A DNA stretch of 64,000 bases from an uncultured bacterium (GTDB lineage: Bacteria; Bacteroidota; Bacteroidia; Bacteroidales; Bacteroidaceae): the NCBI GenBank assembly GCA_946546825.1, contig CAMNOK010000001.1:12956-76955 (forward strand). Direction: 5' to 3'. Positions 17,053 through 27,581 of this stretch are shown here, in pieces (positions within the stretch are counted from its first letter, which is position 1; every line of letters begins with the position of its first letter). The translations under genes and the position numbers were made by a program. The notes beneath the pieces were generated by a model. That model saw only the letters and a program-made list of their open reading frames with translations. It did not search any database and was not told the origin of the DNA.

Positions 17053-19980
17053 ATGAAACGAGCATTTAAAGCATTCAGCATTTTCTTACTGCTCCTATTG
17101 ACAGCATGCAGTGGGAAATACGACTATGAGGAGGTTAAAGGTGATATCACCAAAACACGCATCTATACGCTTAGCAACGGACTGAAAGTCTATCTCAGCG
17201 TCAATAAGGAGGCTCCACGCATCCAGACCTACATCGCCGTGCGCACCGGTTCCAAAAACGACCCGGCCGAAACTACCGGACTGGCCCACTATCTGGAACA
17301 CCTCATGTTTAAAGGCACCAAGCGGTTTGGCGTCACTGACACACTGAAAGAGGCACCGCTGCTCAACGACATCGAAGCCCGATATGAAGCCTACCGCAAG
17401 CTCACCGACCCAAAGGAACGACAACAGGCCTACCACGGCATCGACTCCGTAAGCCAGTTGGCTGCACAATACTTTATTCCTAACGAATATGACAAGCTCA
17501 TGGCTGCCATCGGAGGCGAAGGAACCAATGCATACACCTCTAACGACGTAACATGCTATACGGAAGATATTCCATCCAACGAAGTGGAGAACTGGGCCAA
17601 AATTCAGGCCGACCGCTTCCAAAACATGGTTATTCGCGGCTTCCACACAGAATTGGAAGCTGTCTATGAGGAATACAACATCCACCTCTCAAGCGACATC
17701 GATAAGCTTTACAATGCACTGATGGCCAAGCTCTTTCCCGGTCACCCCTATGGAACACAGACCACCATCGGCACACAAGAGCACCTGAAGAATCCTTCCA
17801 TCGTCAACATCAAGAACTACTTCCAGAAATGGTATGTTCCCAACAATGTTGCCATCTGCATGGCCGGCGACTTCGACCCAGACGAAGTCATCACTGTCAT
17901 CGACAAATACTTCGGTTCCTGGAAACCTGGCGACGACGTCACTCAACCGGAGTTTCCCACCCTGCAGGAACTGACGACACCACAAGATACTACCGTCATC
18001 GGTCTGGAGGCAGAGACACTGTGGATGGGTTGGCGCTTCGAAAAAGCTGCTTCCATGCAGGCCGACACACTGCAGGTCATCGGAGAAATGCTCAGCAATG
18101 GAACTGCCGGTCTCATCGATTTGAACATCAACCAGCAGATGAAAGCTCAGGAGGCATGGGCCGGAGCTGAAACCATGATGGACTACTCATTCTTCATCAT
18201 GGCCGGAACACCGAAAGAAGGACAAACGCTGGAGGAGGTACGCAGCCTGCTGCTTGCCGAGATTGACCATCTGAAGAAAGGTGAATTCTCCGACGACTTG
18301 TTGCCATCGGTCATCAACAATGCCAAACTGGCCTACTACAACGCCCTGGAGAGCAACCAGGCCCGCGCCAACATGTTTGTTCAGTCGTTTATCAACGGAA
18401 CTCCATGGGAACAGGAAGTAAATGCACTGAAACGACTTGAAGGCATCACCAAGGAACAGATTGTGGCCTTTGCACAGAAACACTTTCCAGATAACTACGT
18501 CACAGTGTTCAAACGTCAGGGAACTGATACAACACAAAAGAAGATTGACAAGCCTCTGATTACACCCATACCCACCAACCGAGAATTGGTTTCAGACTTT
18601 GTCAAGGAGATACAGAACACAAAGGTTAAACCCATTGAACCAAAATTTGTGGACTTCAAGGAAGACCTCCGCTTCGGCAACCTTTCCTCTCCCCTGTCTT
18701 CATCCTCTTCCAACATTCCCTACATTTATGTACAGAACAAGGAAAACGGTCGGTTCCAAATGGCCTTCCGATATGAGTTCGGCAACGATGCCGACCTGCG
18801 CTATGGCTATGCTGCCAGCTATCTGAACTTCCTTGGCACCGATTCACTCAGCGCCGAACAAATAAAACAGCAATTCTACAAGCTGGCCTGCTCTTTCAAC
18901 ATCACGACTTCTGACCGTCACATGGACATCAATCTCAACGGTCTGGCCGAAAACATGACACCGGCTCTGCAGCTCCTCGACCACTTGCTTCAACACGCAA
19001 AGGTTGATGAGCAGGCCTATCAAATGTTTGTAGCCATGGAAGCTAAAGAACGGGCTGACGCAAAACTGGAACAGCGCAGCTGCTTCATGAGACTGGTAAA
19101 CTATGGACTTTACGGAGAATATAACCCCAGTCGCAATGATCTCAGTATTGAACAACTCCAGCAAACAAACCCTCAGGAACTGTTGGACCTGCTAAAAGGA
19201 CTTAACAAGTTTGAGCACACCCTCCTATACTACGGACCACTCAAGGAGAAAGAACTCAGCAACGCCTTCGCCCAGCACATGACTTCACTGACCAACAAAT
19301 TTGCTCCTCTGCCAAGAGGCAAACACTATGTCATGCAAACCACGCCACAAAATGAAATCATCATTGCACCCTACGATGCTAAGAACATCTATATGCGCAT
19401 GATTCACAATGAACAACGTGGATGGAATCCTGATGAAGCTGCTGTCAAGGCTTTGTTCAACGAGTATTATGGAGGCGGCATGAACACCATCGTATTCCAG
19501 GAACTGCGTGAGGCACGAGGCCTGGCCTACAATGCCTATGCCGCCTATATGGAACCATGGTATAAGGGTGAGCCTGAATACTTCTTCACACACATCATTA
19601 CTCAAAATGACAAGATGATGGACTGCATTCACCAGTTCCATGCCATTCTCGACAACATGCCGGAGAGCGAACATGCTTTCAAAATTGCCAAAGAAGCACT
19701 CGCTAAGCGACTGGCCAGTCAGCGCACTACAAAGTTTGCACTCATCAACGCATGGATTGATGCCAAGAACAAAGGCATAGACTACGACCTGAACGAGCGT
19801 ATCTATGAGGCTTTGGACAAAGTCACGTTGAAAGACATCGCAGACTTTGAGCATCAGCAGATGGCCAAGAAATCCTTCCGCTATGTCATCCTCGGAAACG
19901 AACATGACCTTGACATCAAGTCGCTGGAGAAAATAGGTCCCATCCGCCGTGTTACAACAGAAGAAATCTTTGGATATTAA
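17053..19980 (+). CDS. M16 family (insulinase-like) zinc peptidase lipoprotein
   Basis: Lipobox LTAC; inverted zinc motif HYLEH; ELREARGLAY. Confidence 0.92.
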   Translation: MKRAFKAFSIFLLLLLTACSGKYDYEEVKGDITKTRIYTLSNGLKVYLSVNKEAPRIQTYIAVRTGSKNDPAETTGLAHYLEHLMFKGTKRFGVTDTLKEAPLLNDIEARYEAYRKLTDPKERQQAYHGIDSVSQLAAQYFIPNEYDKLMAAIGGEGTNAYTSNDVTCYTEDIPSNEVENWAKIQADRFQNMVIRGFHTELEAVYEEYNIHLSSDIDKLYNALMAKLFPGHPYGTQTTIGTQEHLKNPSIVNIKNYFQKWYVPNNVAICMAGDFDPDEVITVIDKYFGSWKPGDDVTQPEFPTLQELTTPQDTTVIGLEAETLWMGWRFEKAASMQADTLQVIGEMLSNGTAGLIDLNINQQMKAQEAWAGAETMMDYSFFIMAGTPKEGQTLEEVRSLLLAEIDHLKKGEFSDDLLPSVINNAKLAYYNALESNQARANMFVQSFINGTPWEQEVNALKRLEGITKEQIVAFAQKHFPDNYVTVFKRQGTDTTQKKIDKPLITPIPTNRELVSDFVKEIQNTKVKPIEPKFVDFKEDLRFGNLSSPLSSSSSNIPYIYVQNKENGRFQMAFRYEFGNDADLRYGYAASYLNFLGTDSLSAEQIKQQFYKLACSFNITTSDRHMDINLNGLAENMTPALQLLDHLLQHAKVDEQAYQMFVAMEAKERADAKLEQRSCFMRLVNYGLYGEYNPSRNDLSIEQLQQTNPQELLDLLKGLNKFEHTLLYYGPLKEKELSNAFAQHMTSLTNKFAPLPRGKHYVMQTTPQNEIIIAPYDAKNIYMRMIHNEQRGWNPDEAAVKALFNEYYGGGMNTIVFQELREARGLAYNAYAAYMEPWYKGEPEYFFTHIITQNDKMMDCIHQFHAILDNMPESEHAFKIAKEALAKRLASQRTTKFALINAWIDAKNKGIDYDLNERIYEALDKVTLKDIADFEHQQMAKKSFRYVILGNEHDLDIKSLEKIGPIRRVTTEEIFGY

Positions 19981-20003
19981 AACCTGAAAAAAAATAATAG
20001 ATT

Positions 20004-21647
20004 ATGAAACCTGAATTCAAGTACGCGCCCATGTTTCAGATGGGAGCAGACACAACCGAGTATCGCCTTCTAAGTAAAGAGGGTGTCACCACTTCTGAGT
20101 TTGAGGGGAAAAAGATTGTCAAAGTCAGTCCTGAGGCTCTCACCCTGTTGGCACAACAGGCTTTCCACGATGTAGAGTTCATGCTTCGTCGTGAGCACAA
20201 CCTGCAAGTGGCCGCCATCCTCAATGATCCCGAAGCCAGCGAAAACGATAAATATGTAGCCCTGCAGTTCCTGCGCAATGCTGAAACAGCATGCAAGGGC
20301 ATCCTTCCCTTTTGCCAAGACACCGGAACGGCCATCATTCACGGAGAGAAGGGACAGCAGGTATGGACGGGCTTCGAGGATGAAGAGGCTCTCTCACGCG
20401 GTGTATTCAACACCTTTACCGAAGATAACCTCCGCTACTCACAGAATGCTCCGCTGAATATGTACGACGAGGTAAACACTCGTTGCAACCTGCCTGCACA
20501 GATTGATATCGAGGCCTGCGAAGGTGCTGAATATCGCTTCGTCATGGTAGCCAAAGGCGGTGGCTCGGCCAACAAGACCTACTTCTATCCCATGACCAAA
20601 GCTACCATTCAGAACGAAGGAACCTTACTACCCTTCTTGGTGGAAAAAATGAAGAGCCTGGGCACCGCTGCCTGTCCTCCTTACCACATCGCCTTTGTCA
20701 TCGGTGGTACCAGTGCAGAAAAGAACCTGCTCACCGTGAAGCTGGCCTCCATCAAATATTATGACTCTTTACCGACAACGGGCGATGAAACCGGACGGGC
20801 CTTCCGAGATGTTGACCTGGAACAAAAACTGCTCAAGGAAGCACACCGAATCGGCCTCGGTGCCCAGTTCGGCGGTAAATATCTGGCTCACGACATCCGG
20901 GTCATCCGTCTGCCTCGTCATGGAGCATCCTGCCCCATCGGTATGGGCGTAAGCTGCTCTGCCGACCGAAACATCAAGGCTAAGATTAATGCCGACGGCA
21001 TCTGGTTGGAGAAGATGGACTGTAATCCCACAGAACTGATTCCCGAAGAACTGCGCCGTCCGGGTGAAGGTGGCAAGGGTATCGAGATTGATCTCGACCT
21101 CGGCATCGATGCCGTTCGCAAAGAACTGACGAAATATCCGGTTTCTACGAGAGTAAACCTGAAGGGTACCATCATTGTGGCACGCGACATTGCTCATGCC
21201 AAGCTGAAGGCTCGACTGGATGCAGGTGAAGGACTTCCCCAGTACTTCAAAGACCATCCCGTGCTCTATGCCGGACCGGCAAAAACTCCAGAAGGCTACC
21301 CCTGCGGTTCCATGGGACCAACTACCGCAAACCGCATGGATCCCTATGTTGACGAGTTCCAGGCCCACGGTGCCTCACTGGTCATGATTGCCAAGGGCAA
21401 CCGCTCACAATGTGTCACCGATGCTTGTAAGAAGCACGGTGGTTTCTACCTGGGCACCATCGGCGGCGTGGCTGCAGTACTTTCACAGTCAAGCATCAAG
21501 AGCATCGAATGTGTGGAATACCCGGAGCTCGGAATGGAGGCCGTATGGAAGATACGCGTGGAAGACTTCCCCGCCTTTATTCTCGTTGACGACAAGGGCA
21601 ACGACTTCTTTCAACAACTGAAGCCCTGGACACCCTGTTGTAAATAA
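20004..21647 (+). CDS. Class I (Fe-S) fumarate hydratase
   Basis: [23 protein letters not shown] and GPTTANRMD. Confidence 0.95.
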   Translation: MKPEFKYAPMFQMGADTTEYRLLSKEGVTTSEFEGKKIVKVSPEALTLLAQQAFHDVEFMLRREHNLQVAAILNDPEASENDKYVALQFLRNAETACKGILPFCQDTGTAIIHGEKGQQVWTGFEDEEALSRGVFNTFTEDNLRYSQNAPLNMYDEVNTRCNLPAQIDIEACEGAEYRFVMVAKGGGSANKTYFYPMTKATIQNEGTLLPFLVEKMKSLGTAACPPYHIAFVIGGTSAEKNLLTVKLASIKYYDSLPTTGDETGRAFRDVDLEQKLLKEAHRIGLGAQFGGKYLAHDIRVIRLPRHGASCPIGMGVSCSADRNIKAKINADGIWLEKMDCNPTELIPEELRRPGEGGKGIEIDLDLGIDAVRKELTKYPVSTRVNLKGTIIVARDIAHAKLKARLDAGEGLPQYFKDHPVLYAGPAKTPEGYPCGSMGPTTANRMDPYVDEFQAHGASLVMIAKGNRSQCVTDACKKHGGFYLGTIGGVAAVLSQSSIKSIECVEYPELGMEAVWKIRVEDFPAFILVDDKGNDFFQQLKPWTPCCK

Positions 21648-21662
21648 TCCGTTATGACAAGT

Positions 21663-21691
21663 TTGGGGATGCATCAATGATGCATCCCCAA
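21663..21691. terminator. Near-perfect palindrome after the fumarase gene, probable terminator or stabilising hairpin
   Basis: ttggggatgcatca-a-tgatgcatccccaa; no clear U-tract. Confidence 0.55.
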
Positions 21692-21735
21692 TATAGAATC
21701 CTGTTTCAATACCAACATCTAAACTTTTATAAAAG

Positions 21736-24700
21736 ATGAAAATCTATCATATACACAAGGCTTGCGTCTTACTGGTGATTGGAATGTTTATGCTACTACC
21801 CTTTACCTCTAAAGCACAGCGGCAAGTTCAGACTTTAGGACGTGGCGTGGTGGTAGCCAAAAACGGAAGCAACGCTTTGATAACCTGGCGCCGCTTGGCA
21901 CAAGAACCTGAACAAGCACGATGGAACATCTATGTCAACGGAACTAAACTGAACACAGAGCCTCTGACCAACACCAACTTCCAGACCACTTCTTCCAAGC
22001 TACCTGCAGGCTGCAAGGTCACCGTAACACTTGTCAATGGAACCGAGGAGTCTGCTCCAAGCAAAGCCTATGAAGTAAAGAACTTCGACTGTCGAAACAT
22101 GTTCATGAGCATCACCTTTGATCAGTCGCCACTCCAAGCAGAACTGTTCAACACCAGCTATGTCTGGCCTATCGACCTTGATGGTGACGGGGAGATGGAC
22201 TATGTTGTCAACCGACTCAGCACAACAAATGCACTCGATGCCTATGTGGAAGGATATCTCAACACGGGTGAGCACTTATGGACAGTACAGCTTGGACCAA
22301 ACGAGCTGAGCTGCTCCGGACAGGACGATATGATTACCGTGGCCGACATGGACTGTGACGGCAAGGGCGATGTCATCATCCAGAGTTCTGACGGCACCCG
22401 GTTTTGGGACCCCGAAACCAAAAGCTTCGGCCTTTATGTAAAGGGTATGACCACCGCCGACACCGACGGAGACGGCATTATTGACTACGAGACGCAATCC
22501 ACTCGTAACGCACCGCGCTACATCTCCATCATTGACGGTATGACAGGTCGTGAGAAAGCTTCCGTGGAACAATCTTACAACCAACACTACAACCGGACAA
22601 ACCGTGCTGCACTGATGGGAGACGAATATAACAAACACGTCGGACACATGGGCGTATTCTCTTTCGACGGCATCCATCCCGCCGTTGTCATGGAATGGCA
22701 CATGCGCACCACTGGCGGTACACATTATTATTATAATGGAGGCTGGGCTTATGACTTCTCTTCCGGAACTGCCGGCCAACTGAAAGAGCTCTTCAACGAG
22801 CCTACTGGTGCCCCTGCCTTCCACCAGATACGCATCGGAGACACTGATGGTGACGGCCGAGACGAAATGATCGTAGGTGGCTATACCATGGACCATACAG
22901 GAAAGGTGCTCTTCAACACCGGTATCTCCCATGGTGACCGCTTCCGAACATCTGACATCAATCCTGAACGGCCAGGACTTGAGACCTTCGCCGTACAACA
23001 ATATGCGCCAGATATGCTTGGACAGATTCTCTATGATGCTGCTACCGGCGAACCCATCAAGAAATGGTATCTCTCCGCTGTGGGTGATATCGGTCGAGGA
23101 GAATGTATTGACATCGACCCCAATCACCTCGGATGGGAGATGTGGTCAACGATGGACGGTAATGTATATGATGCCAAAGGGGATGTCATCAGCGGTCTTG
23201 CCAACCAGTATCCATGTGAAGGCTTGTGGTGGGATGGTGAGCTGGATCGTGAAGTCGTACAGACCAGCGACAGCCATTACAACGTCTATATTCAAGACTT
23301 CCATAAAGGCCGGGAGATTGAGATTGCCAAAGTTAGCAATTGGCGTTATGTCACCGTCTATGCTAAGCGCGCCGCCTTCTGGGGTGACATCATCGGTGAC
23401 TGGCGCGAAGAACTTATCTTGCTGCATAAGGAGAATGGCGTGTGTGTAGGTATTGCCGGTTTTACGACTGACTACACGACACCCGTGGATAACATTTACT
23501 GCCTATTGGAAGACCCGCACTATCGGGGCGACTGCTCCACCAAGGGCTATTACCAAAGCCCGAACCCTGGCTTCTACTTAGGCTACGACATGCCACGGCC
23601 TCAATTGCCACCAGTCATGGTTACAGATCTGGTGTTCTCCCCTGCGGCAACAAACTGGACAACAGGAAGCTTCACCAACTTTAAGCGTTCTGCCACAGTA
23701 CCCTATGCCGACGGGAAGAGCATCCTGCTCGACCTGACAACAGCCCGTGACATCACAGTGAATCAGACCGTCAGCCCTGGCACCGTCTATGCCATGCCCG
23801 TCAAGGGACAGACCATCTGTCTCAACGGTACAGGCTCACTCAGCGGCACCATGGAACTATGGAAAAGCCAGCAAGGGAATTTCACGGTGAACATCCCGAT
23901 GAACTTTACCGGTAAAACCTATATCTCTGAAGGCATCTTGGAAGTAAACAACACGATCAGCAGTGATGTAGAACTTCGTGCCAGAGGCACACTGGCCGGC
24001 AATGCTACTGTTAATGGCAATATTCTACTGGAAGGTGCACTCAACTATGAGGGCGGACGACTGATGCCTGGAACAGCTTCTGCACCTATAGGAACCATCA
24101 CGCTAAAGAAGTCGCTCACCATCGACAAGCGTCTCTTCGCGGAGATGGATATACACTGCAACGATGCCACTGCCGACCTCATTCGAGTAGAGGGAGACAT
24201 CAATCTGACAAAGGATGGCAGTCTGGTATTCACCATCGTTCCTGACATAGAGACTCCTACGGCTAACCGCTACAAGCTGATAGAATACACAGGAACCTTC
24301 ACTGGCGAACTCAACCAAATTAGTGTGCGTGGTCTTACGGGTATCAGCTATCAAATTGTTAACGAGGAGAAAGCCATTTTCCTGGTTATCAACAATCAGC
24401 GAGACCCATCCGATGGTGTGCGATGGATAGGCAATGAGACCAACAACTGGAACTACACCGACAATAACTTCTCACTACAAGGCAATGAAACCGAATTTGT
24501 AGCTGGCGACGGAATCGTCATCGGTGATGACGCCCAAAAGACTACCATCACGATAGACGAACTGATGCCCGTCAATCATGTAACCTTCGAAAACGACACA
24601 AAGACCATCACTATCAATGGTAATGGAGGATTCTCCGGGACAGGTTCATTGGTTATGAACGGCCAAGGACGCTTGCTGCTGAATGCCACCAAAAGCAATT

Positions 24701-26235
24701 ACACCGGAGCAACCGTCATCAACAGCGGTACTGTAACCGTCAAAGAACTGGCCGACGGCGGACAGGAAAGTTCTATTGGTGCAGCATCATCCGATGCCAA
24801 CAACCTACGCATTGGCAAGGCTACACTGGTCATCAGCAATGTGAACACTTCCACCAACCGCGGCATGACACTCACCGACACGGCTACCATACAAATTCCC
24901 AATGGCGTAGCTTCCATCAAAGGCATCATCAAGGGTACTAACGGCGTCCTCCACAAAACAGGTAACGGACAACTGAACATTACCTATGCCGGAGCAAACT
25001 CCTGGAAGAGCACTATACTTGAAGCCGGCACGATGGCCATGGGAACCTGGAACACAACCTTTGGAACCGCAACATCACCCATCATGGTGACTGGCAACAG
25101 TACCATCACGGTATTCAACAGCAATTCCAGCAGCACCATTCCCTCTCTGCGCAATGCCATTGACATTGCGAGCGGCAAGACCCTGACATTGAATGGAGGG
25201 CAACGATGCTCTATTCAAGGTACACTGACAGGCAAGGGAACGCTGAAAATCAACTTCCCCTATGTGCGAGGAGATGTATCAACAGATGTTTCCAACTTTG
25301 AAGGTACCATCGAGGTGACATCCGGTCAATATCGACTGATTGCTGCCATGGATTTATCCAAAGGTACCTTCCAACCTGATGCCGACGTCTATGCAGTAAG
25401 TACGAAGTCGGGGTCTGGTACAGAAAGTAGTCTGACTCATAAGATTGGTGCCTTGCAGAGCTCTGCAACGAACTGCACCCTCTCTACGGGTGTCTGGAAC
25501 GTAGGTTACTTAAATACAAACACTACTTATGCCGGAATCATCAATAGCAGTGCAACACTGAATAAGTATGGCGATGGTGTCCTGACGCTGACAGGCAGCA
25601 GTGCGTCCCCCATCAACATCTATGCCGGCAAAGTGAGCTTAGAGAATGCTACCTGTACGACAACAGGACTGGTGACTGTCAGGAGTGGTGCTACCGTCTG
25701 TGGTAACGGAACGACAGCATCTGTCACCGTGAACAACGGAGGAACACTTGCCATCGGCAAGGCTACTTCATCTGCCATCACTTCCCTTACACTTACAGGC
25801 AACCTCACTGTAAGAGCTGGAGCTAACATCCAGATTAAGAGCCGAAACCAACGTTGCGATGCGCTTAAGGTCAATGGCAATATCAGTCTTAACAGCCCGA
25901 ACTTCCTCATGGTACAAAACGGAACCTGGCAAGCAGATACAGACTATAAGATTTTTACCGGTACCATCACGCTGTCAGGAACGCCAACCTTTGAACCAAT
26001 GATTCCGATGGAAGGCTACCATTGGGATTTCTCACGTCTGGCATCCGAAGGTGTCATCACCATCAAAGCAGATGCTACAGGTATCAAAGGACTCTATGAT
26101 GAGCAAAAGAACATTGGACAGATTGAAGTCTATGACCTTAGTGGCCGCAAGGTGAGTACACATGATAAGACAAGCAAAGAGAACCTGTCCAAAGGTATCT
26201 ATATTATCAATGGTAAAAAAATTGTGATTAAATAA
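21736..26235 (+). CDS. Rhamnogalacturonan lyase (PL11-like) with autotransporter-associated beta-strand repeats and a T9SS-type C-terminal domain
   Basis: LGRGVVVA, WRRLAQE, DLDGDGEMDY, HGDRF, WWDGELDRE and GDIIGDWREE (YesW/YesX-like); repeats such as GSLVMNGQGRLLL..NYTGATVINSG; ends YDLSGRKV...KGIYIINGKKIVIK. Confidence 0.85.
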   Translation: MKIYHIHKACVLLVIGMFMLLPFTSKAQRQVQTLGRGVVVAKNGSNALITWRRLAQEPEQARWNIYVNGTKLNTEPLTNTNFQTTSSKLPAGCKVTVTLVNGTEESAPSKAYEVKNFDCRNMFMSITFDQSPLQAELFNTSYVWPIDLDGDGEMDYVVNRLSTTNALDAYVEGYLNTGEHLWTVQLGPNELSCSGQDDMITVADMDCDGKGDVIIQSSDGTRFWDPETKSFGLYVKGMTTADTDGDGIIDYETQSTRNAPRYISIIDGMTGREKASVEQSYNQHYNRTNRAALMGDEYNKHVGHMGVFSFDGIHPAVVMEWHMRTTGGTHYYYNGGWAYDFSSGTAGQLKELFNEPTGAPAFHQIRIGDTDGDGRDEMIVGGYTMDHTGKVLFNTGISHGDRFRTSDINPERPGLETFAVQQYAPDMLGQILYDAATGEPIKKWYLSAVGDIGRGECIDIDPNHLGWEMWSTMDGNVYDAKGDVISGLANQYPCEGLWWDGELDREVVQTSDSHYNVYIQDFHKGREIEIAKVSNWRYVTVYAKRAAFWGDIIGDWREELILLHKENGVCVGIAGFTTDYTTPVDNIYCLLEDPHYRGDCSTKGYYQSPNPGFYLGYDMPRPQLPPVMVTDLVFSPAATNWTTGSFTNFKRSATVPYADGKSILLDLTTARDITVNQTVSPGTVYAMPVKGQTICLNGTGSLSGTMELWKSQQGNFTVNIPMNFTGKTYISEGILEVNNTISSDVELRARGTLAGNATVNGNILLEGALNYEGGRLMPGTASAPIGTITLKKSLTIDKRLFAEMDIHCNDATADLIRVEGDINLTKDGSLVFTIVPDIETPTANRYKLIEYTGTFTGELNQISVRGLTGISYQIVNEEKAIFLVINNQRDPSDGVRWIGNETNNWNYTDNNFSLQGNETEFVAGDGIVIGDDAQKTTITIDELMPVNHVTFENDTKTITINGNGGFSGTGSLVMNGQGRLLLNATKSNYTGATVINSGTVTVKELADGGQESSIGAASSDANNLRIGKATLVISNVNTSTNRGMTLTDTATIQIPNGVASIKGIIKGTNGVLHKTGNGQLNITYAGANSWKSTILEAGTMAMGTWNTTFGTATSPIMVTGNSTITVFNSNSSSTIPSLRNAIDIASGKTLTLNGGQRCSIQGTLTGKGTLKINFPYVRGDVSTDVSNFEGTIEVTSGQYRLIAAMDLSKGTFQPDADVYAVSTKSGSGTESSLTHKIGALQSSATNCTLSTGVWNVGYLNTNTTYAGIINSSATLNKYGDGVLTLTGSSASPINIYAGKVSLENATCTTTGLVTVRSGATVCGNGTTASVTVNNGGTLAIGKATSSAITSLTLTGNLTVRAGANIQIKSRNQRCDALKVNGNISLNSPNFLMVQNGTWQADTDYKIFTGTITLSGTPTFEPMIPMEGYHWDFSRLASEGVITIKADATGIKGLYDEQKNIGQIEVYDLSGRKVSTHDKTSKENLSKGIYIINGKKIVIK

Positions 26236-26244
26236 AAAATTATT

Positions 26245-27150
26245 ATGGACCGAATCCATCAGAGACATAGCAACAGAGGCCAAATAGCCTCTGTTGCATT
26301 CGTTCTTCTTACCTCATTTGTATTCTCTGCTGCTTTCGTAAGTTGCAATGACAAGAGAGCCCAGCAGACATCCAATGACGTCCGGAATGACAGCAACTTA
26401 GTTGAAATGGAAGAACCGGAAGATACGCTCATCACCAAACTCTACACACGCGAGCAGAAAGACTCTACAGGAGATTATTCCATCACTGTTGAATGGCCAG
26501 AGGCAGATGACGATGACATGCAGCCGGCAGCCAGCATCAGAGAGTGGGCAAACGAGATATTGGGCGGCACTTACTATGATGATATGGAAAAGCCTCAGCT
26601 GATGGTAAATCATTACCTGACAGGGATATTGAACGAATATCATGACACCTACAAAGAGGGAGAGGTATTTCTTCGGCAGAATGACATCAAGCTCTTAAAC
26701 ACCTGCCGTATCATCAAAGACTTTGAAGCAGAAAAGTTCGTTACTTTCATCTATCATGCAGAAAGCTATCTGGGCGGGGCTCATGGGGGTGTTTCAAACT
26801 TTGGGCAGACCTTCCGTAAAGATGACGGAAGAAGAATAGGCTGGGAAATCTTCAAAGCCGGTACATCTGAAGACATGCAAGAAACCATCCGGCAGGGACT
26901 TTACGACTATTTCTCCTCAGATGGTGAGGAAATTAAAACTCCTCAACAGCTTAGTGAGATGCTACTCATTGACAATGCTGAATACTTCATTCCCCTCCCC
27001 CAGTGTCAGCCACTCTTCCTGAAAGACGGCATACTGTTCATCTACAATCAGTACGAAATTGCACCTTACGCAGCCGGAATGCCCCAATTTATTGTTTCCT
27101 ACAAGCAAGCCAAAAAGCTCATGAACGTCACAGGACAACGTCTTCTCTAA
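26245..27150 (+). CDS. RsiV/DUF3298-family lipoprotein
   Basis: Lipobox FVSC; YLGGAHG and YNQYEIAPYAAG motifs. Confidence 0.8.
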   Translation: MDRIHQRHSNRGQIASVAFVLLTSFVFSAAFVSCNDKRAQQTSNDVRNDSNLVEMEEPEDTLITKLYTREQKDSTGDYSITVEWPEADDDDMQPAASIREWANEILGGTYYDDMEKPQLMVNHYLTGILNEYHDTYKEGEVFLRQNDIKLLNTCRIIKDFEAEKFVTFIYHAESYLGGAHGGVSNFGQTFRKDDGRRIGWEIFKAGTSEDMQETIRQGLYDYFSSDGEEIKTPQQLSEMLLIDNAEYFIPLPQCQPLFLKDGILFIYNQYEIAPYAAGMPQFIVSYKQAKKLMNVTGQRLL

Positions 27151-27204
27151 TCATGAGCAAGATACTTATTAACATACGAATCATCAATATTATTCTATAC
27201 AATC

Positions 27205-27525
27205 ATGCTAAAAAGATTTGCTTTCAAGATGTTCCTCAAACCTGGATGTGAAAAGGAATACGAAAAAAGACATGCAGCTATATGGCCCGAGCTGAAACAG
27301 ATGATAAAAGATCAAGGTGTTGGAAACTATAGCATTTATTGGGACCGTGATACAAACATCCTCTTTGCCTACCAAGAATGTTCCAAAGAAGGAAACTCAC
27401 AAGACACCACAAATGTTGACCCTATCACCCAGCGTTGGTGGGACATGATGGCAGATATTATGGAAGTCGATTCTAACAATGCTCCTGTTACCATTCCGTT
27501 GGAAGAACTGTTCCACATGGAGTAA
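27205..27525 (+). CDS. rhaM: L-rhamnose mutarotase
   Basis: EYEKRHAAIWPEL, NYSIY and RWWDMMADIM. Confidence 0.93.
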   Translation: MLKRFAFKMFLKPGCEKEYEKRHAAIWPELKQMIKDQGVGNYSIYWDRDTNILFAYQECSKEGNSQDTTNVDPITQRWWDMMADIMEVDSNNAPVTIPLEELFHME

Positions 27526-27548
27526 AGACAAAAAAGGATAAAAAAAGA

Positions 27549-27581
27549 TAGGTCAGCAACAATCATCTGTTACTGACCTAT
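27549..27581 (-). terminator. Hairpin between convergent rhaM and dnaA
   Basis: taggtcagcaaca / tgttactgaccta stem; the A-run on its left gives a U-tract on the minus strand. Confidence 0.6.

Noticed and set aside
18678-18720. Pyrimidine-rich stretch encoding LSSPLSSSSSN in the M16 peptidase as another in-frame repeat insertion
   Set aside because: Periodicity is too weak to distinguish from an ordinary low-complexity inter-domain linker
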